A stretch of 64,000 nt of DNA from the NCBI GenBank assembly GCA_964247055.1, contig OZ176051.1, positions 7,378,001 to 7,442,000 on the forward strand, written 5' to 3'. Shown here piece after piece: positions 28,393-42,100 of the stretch. Positions within the stretch are counted from its first letter, which is position 1; each line of letters starts with the position of its first letter. This DNA is from Paragordius varius (lineage: Eukaryota > Animalia > Nematomorpha). The notes beneath the pieces were generated by a model that was given only the letters and a program-made list of their open reading frames with translations, was not told where the DNA came from and made no database searches. The position numbers were made by a program, and so were the translations under genes.

Positions 28393-31300
28393 AAGCCCTT
28401 AATCGGGATGTAATATATATACCGATAGATAAATATAGGAGTATTATGGTGGTGCTTTTGGTTTAGGGGCTTACGAGTGCTATGATAAAGTTATCAAAAT
28501 TAGTACCATCATACTAAATGTATTTTTTTGTATCATTTTAATTTATTACAAAAAATATAATCAAAATATTTTAAAAAAATGCATACAATGTTAGAAACTT
28601 TACCAAATTTTTTTAAACTGTGCTTCATGCTATTTTAAGCAAATGAAAACCGTATATAAACGCTTTAAGATATTGATATCTTTGTATATAATTAAATGAT
28701 TCTGAACAATTCCTATGATTAAAAATCCGTTCATCTTCAAATTAATGAGAAATAAAAATTGTAATATTTTTACAAAAATTAATTAAATTTTAAGGTGATG
28801 GAAATGTTGTTAATTAAAAAAGTGTTTTTATGATACCTCAAGGCGTCATCGTTTCCATCATGTTAAATTTAGTATGTAGTACACTTCAAAATGTCCTTAA
28901 AATTAAATTTATTAACAAATTATACATTTTCTAAAAATTATTCTTTTGGATGTCACAGTCTAGCATATATTAAAGCCAATTATATCATGGAACCTCAGTC
29001 TTTTAGCGTTAATTTTTAACTAACTAGCCCATTTTGGAGGGGGCCAAAAATTTAAGACTTTCGGACCCCACATCTAAAATTAAGTACTTTATAAAAACAT
29101 TGTTTTGCGTTAAAAATATAGTTTATAATTTTTTTTGTATTTTTGAAATATTTAGAATAATGTGCAAATTTTTAATATGGAGAAATACCACAAAGTTTAC
29201 ATATTTGTTTTATAAGAATCGTAAGTCCCAAAACCAAACACCATAGCATCTTGATTTTCGTATCAAAAACGCAGTTATTAAGATATTGTTTGTGATTATG
29301 TTACATATGAAACTAAAAATAGTATCCATTTATGTTTATTACATATTGTATTACTAAAATACATACGCATAATTTAAGAATGCAAATATTTATCTAATTT
29401 AAAATTCCATTAAACCAGTATTTTAATGATAGTAATAGTGAGAGTTTCAAACATTTTGTACAAAAAAATTACAAATGAATCACAAATTTTTTTATCAATT
29501 ATTTAATGATATTGTCAACTGTGTCCTTACGACGTGCAAGGATAGATAGGAAAAATTTACAAATCTAAGAAATACCTAAAAATCCATTTTTTCTAATTGA
29601 GCTTTATTTTTTTAAAAAAATATTATGAAAATTAGTTTTACAAAACATAATTATTTTTACGGCCCAATTTTTACCCCAAAATTTATACTTTAAACATTCA
29701 TTATAAGTTTCAATATCAAAATATATTATTTTCGATGCAAAAATTACAATATTATTAATATAAATATTGACAATATTCCGAACCGGCAACCATCAATTTA
29801 CCATAGGCCTTTTCTCATATTAAGTGACCATAATCTGTATAATTTGCAAAAATATTTTAAAGAAGGCCTACGTCCAGACTAATTTAACAAAGGGTACACT
29901 CGCGCGCCGGAGATTAAATATATATGACCCTTATTGATTTCTCGAATAAAATTTATATATTATTACCTGGCCATAAAAGAATTAACCCAATAATAAATTT
30001 ATTATTATTACAAGATATATCCGCAATAAGCTATTGGAATTCTGGAATTTAGTATATAATAAAAAATTTTCTGCCAAACACACAATACAAGCAATTGTGG
30101 ATATTGTCTAGTGTCAAAAAATTGTTATATAAAACATGTCGCGAAAATTAACGCAATATATCATAATTATGTTTCGAACACTAATTATACATTTATTTTG
30201 CTGCAAATATAACAATTGGATAGAGTACATGTATGTTTTGGCTTAGCATGTACCATAGATGACAACACTAAAAATTTGTAAATAGTCAAACAAAGACTTT
30301 ACTAAGGGATTGCCATGGAATAAAAATGTATTTCTCACATTTTTTTACAATGATAATAAAAGGGACGCTTACAAGGTGTATAAGGTAGCGAAAATGTTAA
30401 TTCCGATTCGCCTTCAACATATATTGAATGAATTTATTATATTTTTTTTTAATAGCTGGTGGCAATTTTTGGTTTTAAACAGCTAAAAACCTAAAACATT
30501 TTCTCATATAAAATATCTCTTTTTTTACCAAATTTAAAAATCCTTATAACATAATATGACTGCTAATTTTTTCTATTATAAAAGCATGTTTGGTGGTAGC
30601 GTAATTATTCGTGCTGTAAGTTCCCTTGAGTAACATATATAATTATAATATGATATTTAATAAAGATTATTATCTATAAAAGATTTTCCACATCAAAATG
30701 AATGATAATGTATGTTTCTATTTGCTCTTTACCGAAATTTATCTTATTACTATACTTATATATGGTTTAAAAACAGTTAGGCACAAATATTTCCGTTTTT
30801 GGTAAATAATTAAAGATTATACAAAAATATATTAAGTAATATTAAGAAAACCTTTTAAGACAACATTTACAATATTAATATTCATTAAGCCGAAATATGA
30901 AATGCCATAATCTTGTAGTTCCATAATTGAATTTTCAGGTTCATAAATAATACACGTGGCTAAAATTCAACATCATATAGTTATTTTATAGGGACTTATA
31001 CGGATTATTTGAAAACCATTATATTCAAGATTATATTATTTAAATAGCATTTAGCGTAAACAATAAAAAATTATTTTATCTCAAATATTCAAATACTTTC
31101 TTAAAACGAAATAAATTGTGAATTTAGGGCCTATAAAGATTTTTTTGAATTTTAATACTTTGAAAACTCACCAGTCAGAATCCAAATAAAATTTGAGTCT
31201 TGTAAAAGATAATAAAACTTATGTCTTAGATCAGCTGTTAATTATAATAGCTTAAGCTTTAATTTTCCAAAAATATGAAGTAAAGCGTCTAAAGGGAGAA

Positions 31301-34300
31301 AATAATGATATCAAAAGTTTTTCATTATATTTACTGGGCGTTAAAATGTAAAAATTTAACTGATCAATTTGTCTTGTGTGTTAAAAACATGGGATTTTAG
31401 TCTGATTCCGGACATCCAAAAAAGATACGCATGCTAATCTAGTATCTTCCATTCGTAAAAAGATTTTACATTTGAAGCATTCAGTTAACTATAAATACTG
31501 AAAAGGCTAATATACAAATGTTATGGTGGAGGAGCCACTTAATAAGTTACACAAATGATATTACAATAGTTGATTTGTAATATTCGAGAACTGATTATAT
31601 TCAGCAGCTTTACATTTATAAATCAAGCAAATAAATTTATTTGTCTATCTATTAATTTGAAAATTTACTATTTTAATTTATAAGTTTAACAATCGCCTGA
31701 CAAAAGCAGCCTAGTGTTTAAAGATGGCGCTTTTACATCCATATTTTTTTTTCCAACATCCCCAAAACTTAGTCTGAAAGCTAATCAATTTATATAAAAA
31801 TATATGCTATATATATATATATATATATATAATATATTTAATTACATAGATAAAATATGATATTGCATTGTTAAAATTTTGTTACTCTATTACTTTGTCT
31901 TTCACGCCATGTAGTTTTGCCCCAAAGCTTAAAGTAGTAAACGTTACTATTTTTAAAGTTGTTTTGATTAAAATTTAATCAAACCTCTTTTCCTTACAAA
32001 ACTTGAAATTTATACAGTATTTTATATTCTTACGTCCCAAATTCAGCTAGCTATAAAACACGATTGAAATGAAGAGCTGATATTAAAACCGAGAAAAAGC
32101 TTAACAAAGTTATTTTTTATTTCAACCATAAAATACTTTTATCCTGTTGTATTTATTTAAAGTTAAAAGAAATGGTGGCGAAAAAGTTAAGATGACGATT
32201 TTTTTACAATATTAAATGTATTTTTATCATGCTTAAAAGAGTTATAAAATTTTAAGATGCCATTTATTTTAAAACTTTAAATGTTGGTACCAAAAAAATT
32301 TAAAGGGATGCCAAAAAAATTTTCAAGAGCCGTGCAAATTTCATAGTTTTCCGACACATTTGCATAAATATATGCTCGAAGTAAGTATATATATTTAATT
32401 AATAATTCAGGGCTACAAAAAAGCACTGTGGGCCGCAAGGATAATGTGTAAATATGATTTCAAAATGAGAAAATTTTATGTTTGGTTAGTTAATTACTAG
32501 AATAGTTAAATTGCTAATAATCGTTTTCATAAAAATTATTATTTATATCCTACACAATATTTAAACGGTAAAAAAGGCTAGCTTTTTCTAAATATTTTTA
32601 TATATCAAATGCAAAATTAGCGTTAATGCAACATAAATTCAGTTGTAAATTTGTACAATCACTGTTATATTTTTCAATATTTAATTTGCCGAATTATCAA
32701 TTTATTCAACGCATATTTGGTCGCTTATTAAACAGTTTTAATAGAAATCTTATTTAATAATTAAAATTATCGTTAGTTTTAAACATGAAAATCTTCAATC
32801 GTATATTGGTATGACAATTAATTTTATAATATACAAAAAGAACTTTGTTAATTTTAAAATATGTGTCGATGTCATTGTGCATAGTGAATTTGGATAATTG
32901 AGATCCTATTCAAAAGAAAACCAAGAGATTATTTAAAAAGGTTAAAACTGAATATTTAATTTTTAAAGGGGCACAATATAATATATTTTTTGAAGATATT
33001 TCAGCATAATGTGCGATAATTTCAATATTTCGATGGATCTATAAATCGATAACCTTTTTTAATCACTCGTAACCAAAAGCAACATGAGAATTCTGTTTTT
33101 CTATACAAATATAATTAAAATATTTTTTGTATGCATTGTGTACAATTACCGATATTCAATAATTTTTTTAACAAATAATCATTTTCCTATTAAATAAAGT
33201 CGTTCCCTTAACTTTAAAGAAACCGGTGTTATTGTACGTTTCATCACTTCAAATAAAAAAGAAAAAACATTTTTTGCGACCCGTATTTTTAATTAGGGCT
33301 ATTATTTTCAAATGAATTAAAACGATTATAATATTCGCAAAAAGGTGCTTTTACGAGCAAAAAATAAAATTTATGGCTATAATTTAAAACTCTAATCAAA
33401 TTATCTTTGACTTTCCGATGTGCAAATACAAATAAAGTTAGCCATTAAATTTAACGAATCTAAGGAACTGCCAATTTTATTAATATATAATATTGGTGAC
33501 TCAGAATAATAATTTCGTTGCAATCTCACACCCACATTATTAATTACACCCTATATTTGTTAAAGAAATAGTAATCGAAATTCAAAATTGTATTTTTATC
33601 AATGGTTTGTAGTTATTACCTAATTTTATTTTAATTTTGCAATAGCTTTGGTTTTAATGCTTCAATAAATTTAAATCAATTTAACACGCCATTATTCGGA
33701 GTAGATTTATATCTTAGTATATAATTTGTATATCTTAAAAAAGTGTTTTAGCTATTAAGTCGACACATATGCTTTCTTTAGGCTTTTAGTCGCATTATAC
33801 AAAAAAATAAAAGTGTAAACTTTGCCACCATTTTTTTCCTATAAATTAAATTCGCTAATGCAACAGGCATTAATATATATTATGGTTAGAAAATGTAAAC
33901 AATAAACTTTAAAAAGCTTTCAGACTACATACCAGCAACAACTTGAAATATTTTTTAAATATCAGCTGTTCATTTCAATCGTGTTTTGGAGCTGTCCCAA
34001 TTTTAAAGAAGTCATAAAACTGTAAAAATAAAGGGTTTTATATCTTATACATGAAAACTTTGATAGATAAATTTTAACTTTAATTACTTTCAAAACCGTT
34101 TATTTACAAAATGAGCTCTGAAGTATAAAACTACCTCAAAAAATAAACCAGGACAAAAAGTGAAAAGGTAATGAATTGTTAATAGGCGATAACAAAAATT
34201 ATTTTTTTAGCTAACACGGATGATATTGTTGTTACATAATATATTATATAAACTAAACCAAATTTCGTAAAACTCGTCTTAAAAAAAGGATTCTTATAAC

Positions 34301-35468
34301 ATACCTCTCTAACATTTTTAGCTCTGATGACTAGATTCAGCCTTTAAACAGAATAAGTTAATAAATATTATCTTCAAAGATATTATGAGTGATTTATGAA
34401 TTATCGTTTTCCTATAAAGATATATATATTAAGGCAATTTTTTAACTTTGTTAATACATCAATAGAGCTAGCTGGTCAAGCATGGTTTATTCTTCCACCT
34501 TTTCCTAACATTAAAAGCAATTTTATTCCAAAAATATCACTTTTGGCTGACAAACACTAGTAAGAATAATAACAAATGGATATTTCATCCTAGTCACCAT
34601 ATCATAATATTGATCCACACTTAGTTTTGACAGTTAAAGCTATATTGACTCATCACTTTTTATATGCACTTTACGCTAAAATTTATAATAAATATAGGAA
34701 TACATTAATTTCTTGGTTTATTTACACCAAATTTTATGTTATATTGTAAATGATCGCACAGAAGGGCCGATTAACCCGCGGTGGTTTTAAAGGTAAAAAT
34801 TATGGCGAATCTTAACCATGCAAAAAAATTGTGTTTAATTTTAAAGACAATAATGGCTCAGTTTGGGATGTTTTAAAATCAAATGGTAAGTAATCCCTAA
34901 TTCAGAGAATTAATTTCTAAACCCATCACATCCAGTCGATTTCTCCAAGAACTCAATAATAAAAACAAGCACAACCATATTTTGTTTTAGCAAAGTAATA
35001 TACATTTGCATCAACAGATTTTTCTTCCACTTACATTTTTTGCATTTTTGATATAAATATTTTTTATGTTGCTTCTTAAATAGTAATACCTCATGGACCT
35101 TTTTGTCCACGATGACATATTGGGGTAGTTAGTATATTCCTAAGCTCAATCTTATATAACTCTTTTGAAGTTATTTAAGTTAAAATTTAATTATCAAACA
35201 TTTTTTTCATATTTTTAAATTCGGCCTAATAAATAGTATTTAAAATACAAATTACAGATCGCTCTGGGATATACTATCTCAAAAAATCATGAAGTGTTTA
35301 AAATGAAAAAATTAGTAATACATTATTTTTTTTCCACTGCTTTAATATTATCATATAAAATATAAGCCCATGTAATATTACATTATTATTTTTGGGGTAT
35401 ATCACAGCAATTGTAAAATATTATAAAAACTATCATATTGGACCAAATGAATTTCTGACCCTTTAGGC

Positions 35469-35740
35469 CAGTTTCAACAGGGGGCAACGCCGCCCAAGGG
35501 GGGCGTAGAAAAATCTAAGGGGGGCGAAAATTTGGAATATAAAACCAGAAACAAATCGGATATCAGGTGCAAATTATCAAGATTTATCACCGATATGAAA
35601 AAATATTTCAAAAATTACAAATAGAAGGGATATTATTTATTGATATTTGTATTATATTATAATAAATTTTACATTTTTTACTTGGATTCGAGACGAAATT
35701 TTTAATTTGGTGAAGTGTAAAAAAAGGTTGGGAACCTCTG
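35469..35740. mobile_element. Non-autonomous hAT (Charlie-like) MITE, 272 bp
   Basis: Flanked by the 8-bp direct repeat CTTTAGGC (35461-35468 and 35741-35748). The right end GGTTGGGAACCTCTG is the reverse complement of CAGAGGTTCCCAACC. The left TIR is decayed (CAGTTTCAAC). Confidence 0.75.
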
Positions 35741-36183
35741 CTTTAGGCCTATTATGAAAAAATAATAATATTTAACTTAAGCTTTTTCCCGACATATTTT
35801 TTAATAAAAAAATGACAAATAAAATATGTTTTGGTTAAAAAAGAATTAACACCTATAAAATGCTTGTGGTTTCATTTGCACAATAAATGATTATTCTCAT
35901 TGAAAATATCAGCTAAAAAGAATTGCCCTTTTGTACGATAATTGATAGTATTAAATTAAGTTAATTTCGAAAATTTAAGTAACACATAAACTTTTGGGTA
36001 GTTTTATACCAAATATCTTAAAAAATATTTTTAGAATCAGCCAAATTTCAAAACGTGTTTTGAATTGGTAAAAAATGAATTCAGATTTATCATTGTTACC
36101 ATAGATATATAAATATTTAACACACCAATATATATGCAATTGAAAAAAATTATAATTAATTTTAACGGCATAAATTAATTTAT

Positions 36184-39100
36184 TCAAAATTTATCAATTA
36201 AATATAAAATATGTTCTTGGAGCGCGGCTTGATTAGAGTTGGACTCACTACCAAGATTTCCAGCATATTCTATAAATAAAAAATTATTAGTAATTTATTC
36301 TTGAAAATATTCCATTTTTGCCAAATTTCATTAAGCTTATGTAAGACTATTAGGACAACATAACTATTATTTCAAAGTATTTAATTAGTTAAATAAAAAA
36401 AAATGTATTACAACAAAAATCCGCATAAAAAGAAAAAAATACTATATATTCAAGTTTTTTTATCCAATTATATTATACCGCGTATAATATCCCTTATAGT
36501 TTTGGTGGTTCCTTTACGTACATTCAGGATATCTAAGAGCCTATTTTTTATTCCACAATCATCTCCATAAACGCAAACACATATCATGACATAATCTATG
36601 AGTTGTAAGGTTAGTAAGCCAGCCTCCAGTCTTTTCAAATAAAATTCTTCCTCCATTTCCTCATCTAATATTCGGTTTTCTTCTTCAATTAATCGCTGGC
36701 ATAATATAGTTATATTTGATATATAGAAATAATATTTAGTGTTGATATATATTTTGGGTTTATTAAATAGAAAGGTTTTTATTAAAACGTTATTAAATCA
36801 AAAATCTGACACAGATTATAGGGAATCATAATTGTGAGAGATATAATATACCAAGTTATCAACTACATTTTAGGAATTTTTTTTAATTAATCTAAAAAAC
36901 TCAAAAATATTTTAAATGATTAGATTTCGTTATTTATTATTCCTATTTGCAATATAGTGTAATAAATTCAGTTAAAATAATTTATTGATTTAATTTAAAC
37001 ATTATTTTTATTTTTTAGCAAATGGTAAATTTTCATTATACGCAATCATTATATATAACATTAAAAAACATAAAACCTTTTTTTCCTTTTCAATTACGGC
37101 ATCTGATTTGGATATTTTGTTAAGATATTGAAAATGTAATTCAACCAAACGATCAATCTATAAAATTATTTAAATTTTAAGCAAATCAAATAATATGTTG
37201 ATCATTGCTAGAAAAATTATACATTTATAATTAAAAAATTTTATAAATAAAAAATTCAACTTTTGAATAATCATCCTCAATGAATTTGGCCAAAAATCTT
37301 TCTTTGGACTGTCCGGTACAATCGCGAGCCAAAGATGCAATAATGGATATAATGTGCTCTTCTGTTTCCATTTTTGACAAACCACCTTTAATTAATACGA
37401 GAATTGATTAAGTAATATTGTAAGTTTTAATTAAAAGATTCGTGTGATTTAGATTTTCTACCTATTGTAAAATATGTTAATAAAATAATTAAAGTTAAAA
37501 CTTCACTATTTGTGTTTTATTGCAAATCAAAATGTAACCTTTGTGTTTTCCGCTCAACACTGGCGTTTTCATGAAAAGCGGGAATACAGTTCGAAGACCC
37601 AAAACCTCAACAAATTTATTACAACATTTAACAACGATTGGATTGCTTTTAGATATTCCATCAACAATGTCCTCATTTCTATCTTGTGGCTGCTCTATAT
37701 TTATATCATCGGTATCTACAGCGATAGGCATTAAGGCATGGTTTAGGGTTTTAAGTGCGCCAGCCCGTGAAAGTTTTTTCTCCCTAAATGCATAAAACAA
37801 TTTTGAAAATTAATTTTACTATATGATTAATAAAATTATTTATATTTATTGTCAAATATTAACAGATTTTCGTATTTTGATACCCATAAAACACAGTGCG
37901 CAACAATTTTCCTCAAGATATCACACATGGCATATTATGCCCGTTGTGACATCTACACCTCAAAAAAAATAAAAAATTGTCAATATAGATTTTTTTTCAC
38001 TTTTTCCATATATGGTTATAATCGGAAAAAACACTTATTTGCATAATACGCGATAAAAAATTATAAAACTTATATATATTATAAATAATATTGATTAAAT
38101 AATTTTTGCAAATTTTGGCTCAATATGAATGGGTACATTTAAAATAAATCTCAAATTAGTTGTAATTTAATTTAGCACTTTATATTAGCAACATAAAAAA
38201 TACTCAATGAAAATCAAAATAATATGTGCCAAAATTTAAGTTTAAGTTTATTTGTTGATATTAATATTAGTTAAATAAAATTAAGATTTTTTTGTCTAGT
38301 CATATATCTAGTCTCATATGTAATTGACATGGGATATTGCGTGCAGAAAAAACTCTCGTTAGATAAAGTTGTTTCACCCTGATACATAGTATAATTTGTA
38401 ATAATCTCAAACAAATGAAACATTGTATAATTTACATATAAGAAAACATACAAATATTTTTTTTATAAATATATACAAACCATAATAATAAAATATTTAC
38501 AGTTACATGTTTTAATGGCTTCTTAGGTGCATTTCTTAAATTAGAAGTGTAAAAATTTAAAAAATCTTCAGATTACGTCCCATTTCTTAAATTATTTTTT
38601 AAAAATACAGTTTATGGCTAAGGAAATTATAATCCAACATAGGGATTGTTTATTTAAGGTAATCATGATATAAAACAATATATATAAATTAAAGATGATC
38701 CATGACGGTATTTGCATGATAACATAAATATAAATCTAACAAATTTGAATAGGTACCTGGTATATTGTATCATAATGGTTGATCTAGGCAATAATGCCAA
38801 AGAGACTCACCAATCATATGACTGGGGTTTTTATTCCCATATAAATCTTCAATTTTTTTCAAGGTCTGATAAACGCTTTGACCAGTCTGATCGGTGAGTT
38901 TACTGAGTGGAAATTTGTCTATGTGCTGATCCACTATGTGTAGTTTAAGCGACACATTTACATCTATAGTAAATGGAGTTAAAATTTTAATATAGATTTA
39001 ATAAATTTTAAAGTTACTTGGTTGGTGAATACTACTAATGAGATGTGATACCTACTCCTTGTAGTTTGCACTTTTGTAATGATAGAAATGTTGAGGATGA

Positions 39101-42100
39101 TAAGGTATGAAAACCAATGAAAAATAATTGATGATTTTAAACTATAAATCAACCTTAAGATGATAGGTTGTGTCCATTTAAGAAGACTGAAATCGGGCTA
39201 TCCTTTTCATGCCAGTAGTGCCATTTAAATAGCCGGGTTATTGAAACGCACTCAGATCAGCCTGGGGATATATTCCCAGGCTGATTGATGTAATTGAAGA
39301 GTATGGGATAGAAAGGCCATTAGTCCATATAATAGATTAGTGGTCCTTCCTCGTCATATAAAATTGGGTCAGGAAAGAACCTTTGTGATTAATTTGGATA
39401 AGGATGGTTTAGCATTTACACATTATGTTGGTAAATTCCGAATGTCCAAATCTAAATTATCAAATATGCTTGACTGGTCCCCAAATCGACCAACTGTTAT
39501 CAGATGAGGAATTCCTTAATTTGATGGGAGTCAAAGAGAAAATTGCTTGGGAGGCATATAAGTTATTTAATGATAACTTTCTCTATCATTCTACAAACTA
39601 AAAGGAATTGGCAACAGATCTCGTTAGTAGTTTTCACCAACTGGGTAAATATAAATTTATATTAAATCAATATATTATAATTTTAACTCCATTTACTATT
39701 AGGTGTAAATATGTCGCTCAAACTACACATAGTGGATCAGCACATAGACAAATTTCCACTCAGTAAACTCACCGATCAGACTGGTGAAAGGGTTCATCAG
39801 ACCTTGCAAAAAATTGAAAATTTGAAAAGGAAAAAACCCAGTCATATGATTGATGAGTATCTTTGGCATTATTGCCTATATCAACCATTATGATACAATA
39901 TACCTGTTACCTATTCAAATTTGTTAGGTTTATATTTTTGTTATCATGCAAATACAGTCATGGATTATCTTTAATATAAATTGTATTGTTTATGTAAAAT
40001 ACCTTCATTTATAATAATCCCTATGTTTGATAATTTACTTTGTGTAATAAATTTATTTTTCCTATATATATAATAATATATTTAGTCTTCTCAATCGAAA
40101 ATAATATTTTTGGATAAATGATTTTAGAGACAAGGTCGCTTTTTTGAAACATTGTAAATAAAATTTCTACATAGATTGCTATTTTTAGGTTGCATTGGTT
40201 TCTCTTAGATTAATCCTCTTCTTGAACCATCAGTAACAAACTACCCTACTTAGGAGATATGAGATCTAACTCATTGGAAAAGCTCTTGATATTGAATATT
40301 TCATAAAATACCTGATTAAAAAAGTTTTTCATAAAATGTATATAAATACTTTTTAATAAATTCAAATATTAGCATTAAAGCAATGGTACTTAACAAAAAA
40401 TTTGAAAGGCCGCAAAAATTATCTTGTCTCAAGAGCCGTAGAACATATTATATAAAAACTTGCAGACATTTACACTAAAAAAATATATAATAAAATTTAA
40501 TTGATAAGTCATTGCCATAAATACGCTTTTAGGACCGCGATATTACTAAAAATGAATTAAAGTCTGTTAATTCTTTCCTTAGCCATAAACTGTCTTTTTA
40601 AAAAATAATTAAGAAAAAATGGGGCGTAATCTAAAGAAAGATTTTTTTAAAATCTCACACTTCTAATTTAAGGAATGCACCTAAAAGCCATTAACACATG
40701 TAACTGTAACAAATATTTTATTATTATGGTTAGTATATATAAAAAAAAATTGCAATATTCATCGGGCTTGTCATGTTTTCTTAAATGTACATTACACAAT
40801 GTTTCATTTACCTAAAATTATTAGAAAATATACTATGTATCAGGGTGAAACAACTTTATTTAATGACAATTTCATTCTGCACGCTTCAATATACCTTGGG
40901 AATAACATATGACTAAATTTATGATCACTAGACATGATCATAGAAACTTTATATTAAAAATTTTTATTTTTTATTTAAATAAAAATTTTATAACTTTGTT
41001 TATATGTAATTTTTACATATAAGTAATATTTATATTAACGAATAAAGTTAATTTTGCCACATAATATTTTGATTTTCATTGAGTAGTTTAATTTTCATTG
41101 AGTATTTTTTAGGTTGCTAATATAAAGGGCTAAATTTAGTTAGATTAATTGAATCGTGTTTATTTTGAATGTATCCATTCATTTAGTGTTAGATAATGGC
41201 TTAATCATAGCAGAAAACGCCATCTATATAGTAAATAAAAACATTTTGTGGAGATTATTTTTTACCTTTACAGTTAGTGGCCTTATGAAGAAAATTTTAA
41301 AAGGACAATGTTTACCACGTGTCATAGTGTGAGACGCGTTTCGTCCTTGTTGTGGACTCATCAGCCACACATAATGAACACGGGTAAACACTGTCAGTTA
41401 GGTGTTTGTATATATATACTGAGTATTTTAAGATTTAAGTCCAATTTTCGTGAAAGAGAAAACAGAGAACTTAGGCCAGCAAAGGGCAACCGATTGTGCT
41501 TAGATTAAGCCAATTATTATATCTCCTTTGTGGCTGATGAGTCCACAACAAGGACGAAATGCGTCTCAAACTTTGACACGTGGTAAACACTGTCCTCTGT
41601 AAATTTTCGTTTCATAAAGCCACCTATTGCTTAATAAAAAGTACTATGACTTCTAATTGCAAAGGTAGGCTAAGAAAATAATATCCACAAAATATTTAAT
41701 TTACCATTCATATTGAGCCAAAATTTTGCAAAAAATATATCAATATTACTTATATTATATATACATATATAAGTTTTATAATATTTGATAACGTTTTATG
41801 CAAATACATTGATTTTTTCAAATTATAACCATATATGGAAAAAGTGGAAAATTTTTTTTATATATTGACAATTTTTATCCTTATATTTCTCAATCGTAGT
41901 TGTCTCAGCGGTCATATTAAGCTAGGTGTGATATCCTGAGGAAAAATTTACCCATTTTGCACACTAAAAAAAATTGTAAGGATTCATATTATACATTACG
42001 GATCATACTTTTCAGCTATAAACAAAAATAGTTATAACTTTTTAATCAAAACACACATACAAGTTTGCGTATTAAAATTTATGATTCTTAAAATTTACAT

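Larger units (their letters stand above)
37892..41968. mobile_element. Foldback-structured decayed DNA transposon, probably Chapaev/CMC-like, in CTNNBL1 intron 7
   Basis: The left arm (37892 to about 39095, starting CACAGTG) is the reverse complement of the right arm (about 39565-41968, interrupted by inserts at about 40040-40575 and 41195-41700). The spacer translates IRYENQ*KII...LKMIG...SGY and LPRHIKLGQERTFVINLDKDGLAF...KF..SK.KL...EKIAWEAYKLFNDNFL. This matches the PLHIKLGLMKQFVKAL...EKxAW...NFL transposase family. The superfamily assignment is from memory. Confidence 0.75.

Noticed and set aside
13051-34330. Other CTGATGA occurrences (about 13052 -, 20968 +, 21178 -, 34324 +) as hammerheads
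   Set aside because: None is followed by a stem II and GAAA core.
29034-36187. Short AT-rich ORFs (29034, 29604, 34910, 35975; likewise 2105, 3054, 9493, 12827, 15294, 58784, 60701)
   Set aside because: Low-complexity F/I/K/N translations overlapping MITE-like repeats or introns, with no motifs or convincing splice context.
37892-37930. CACAGTG as a RAG recombination signal
   Set aside because: No nonamer follows at 12 or 23 bp. It is better explained as a CAC-type transposon terminus.
38712-39893. Twin ORFs MSLKLHIVDQHIDKFPLSKLTDQTG (38770-38955 -, 39711-39893 +) as small genes
   Set aside because: They are the antisense reading of the duplicated transposon arms.
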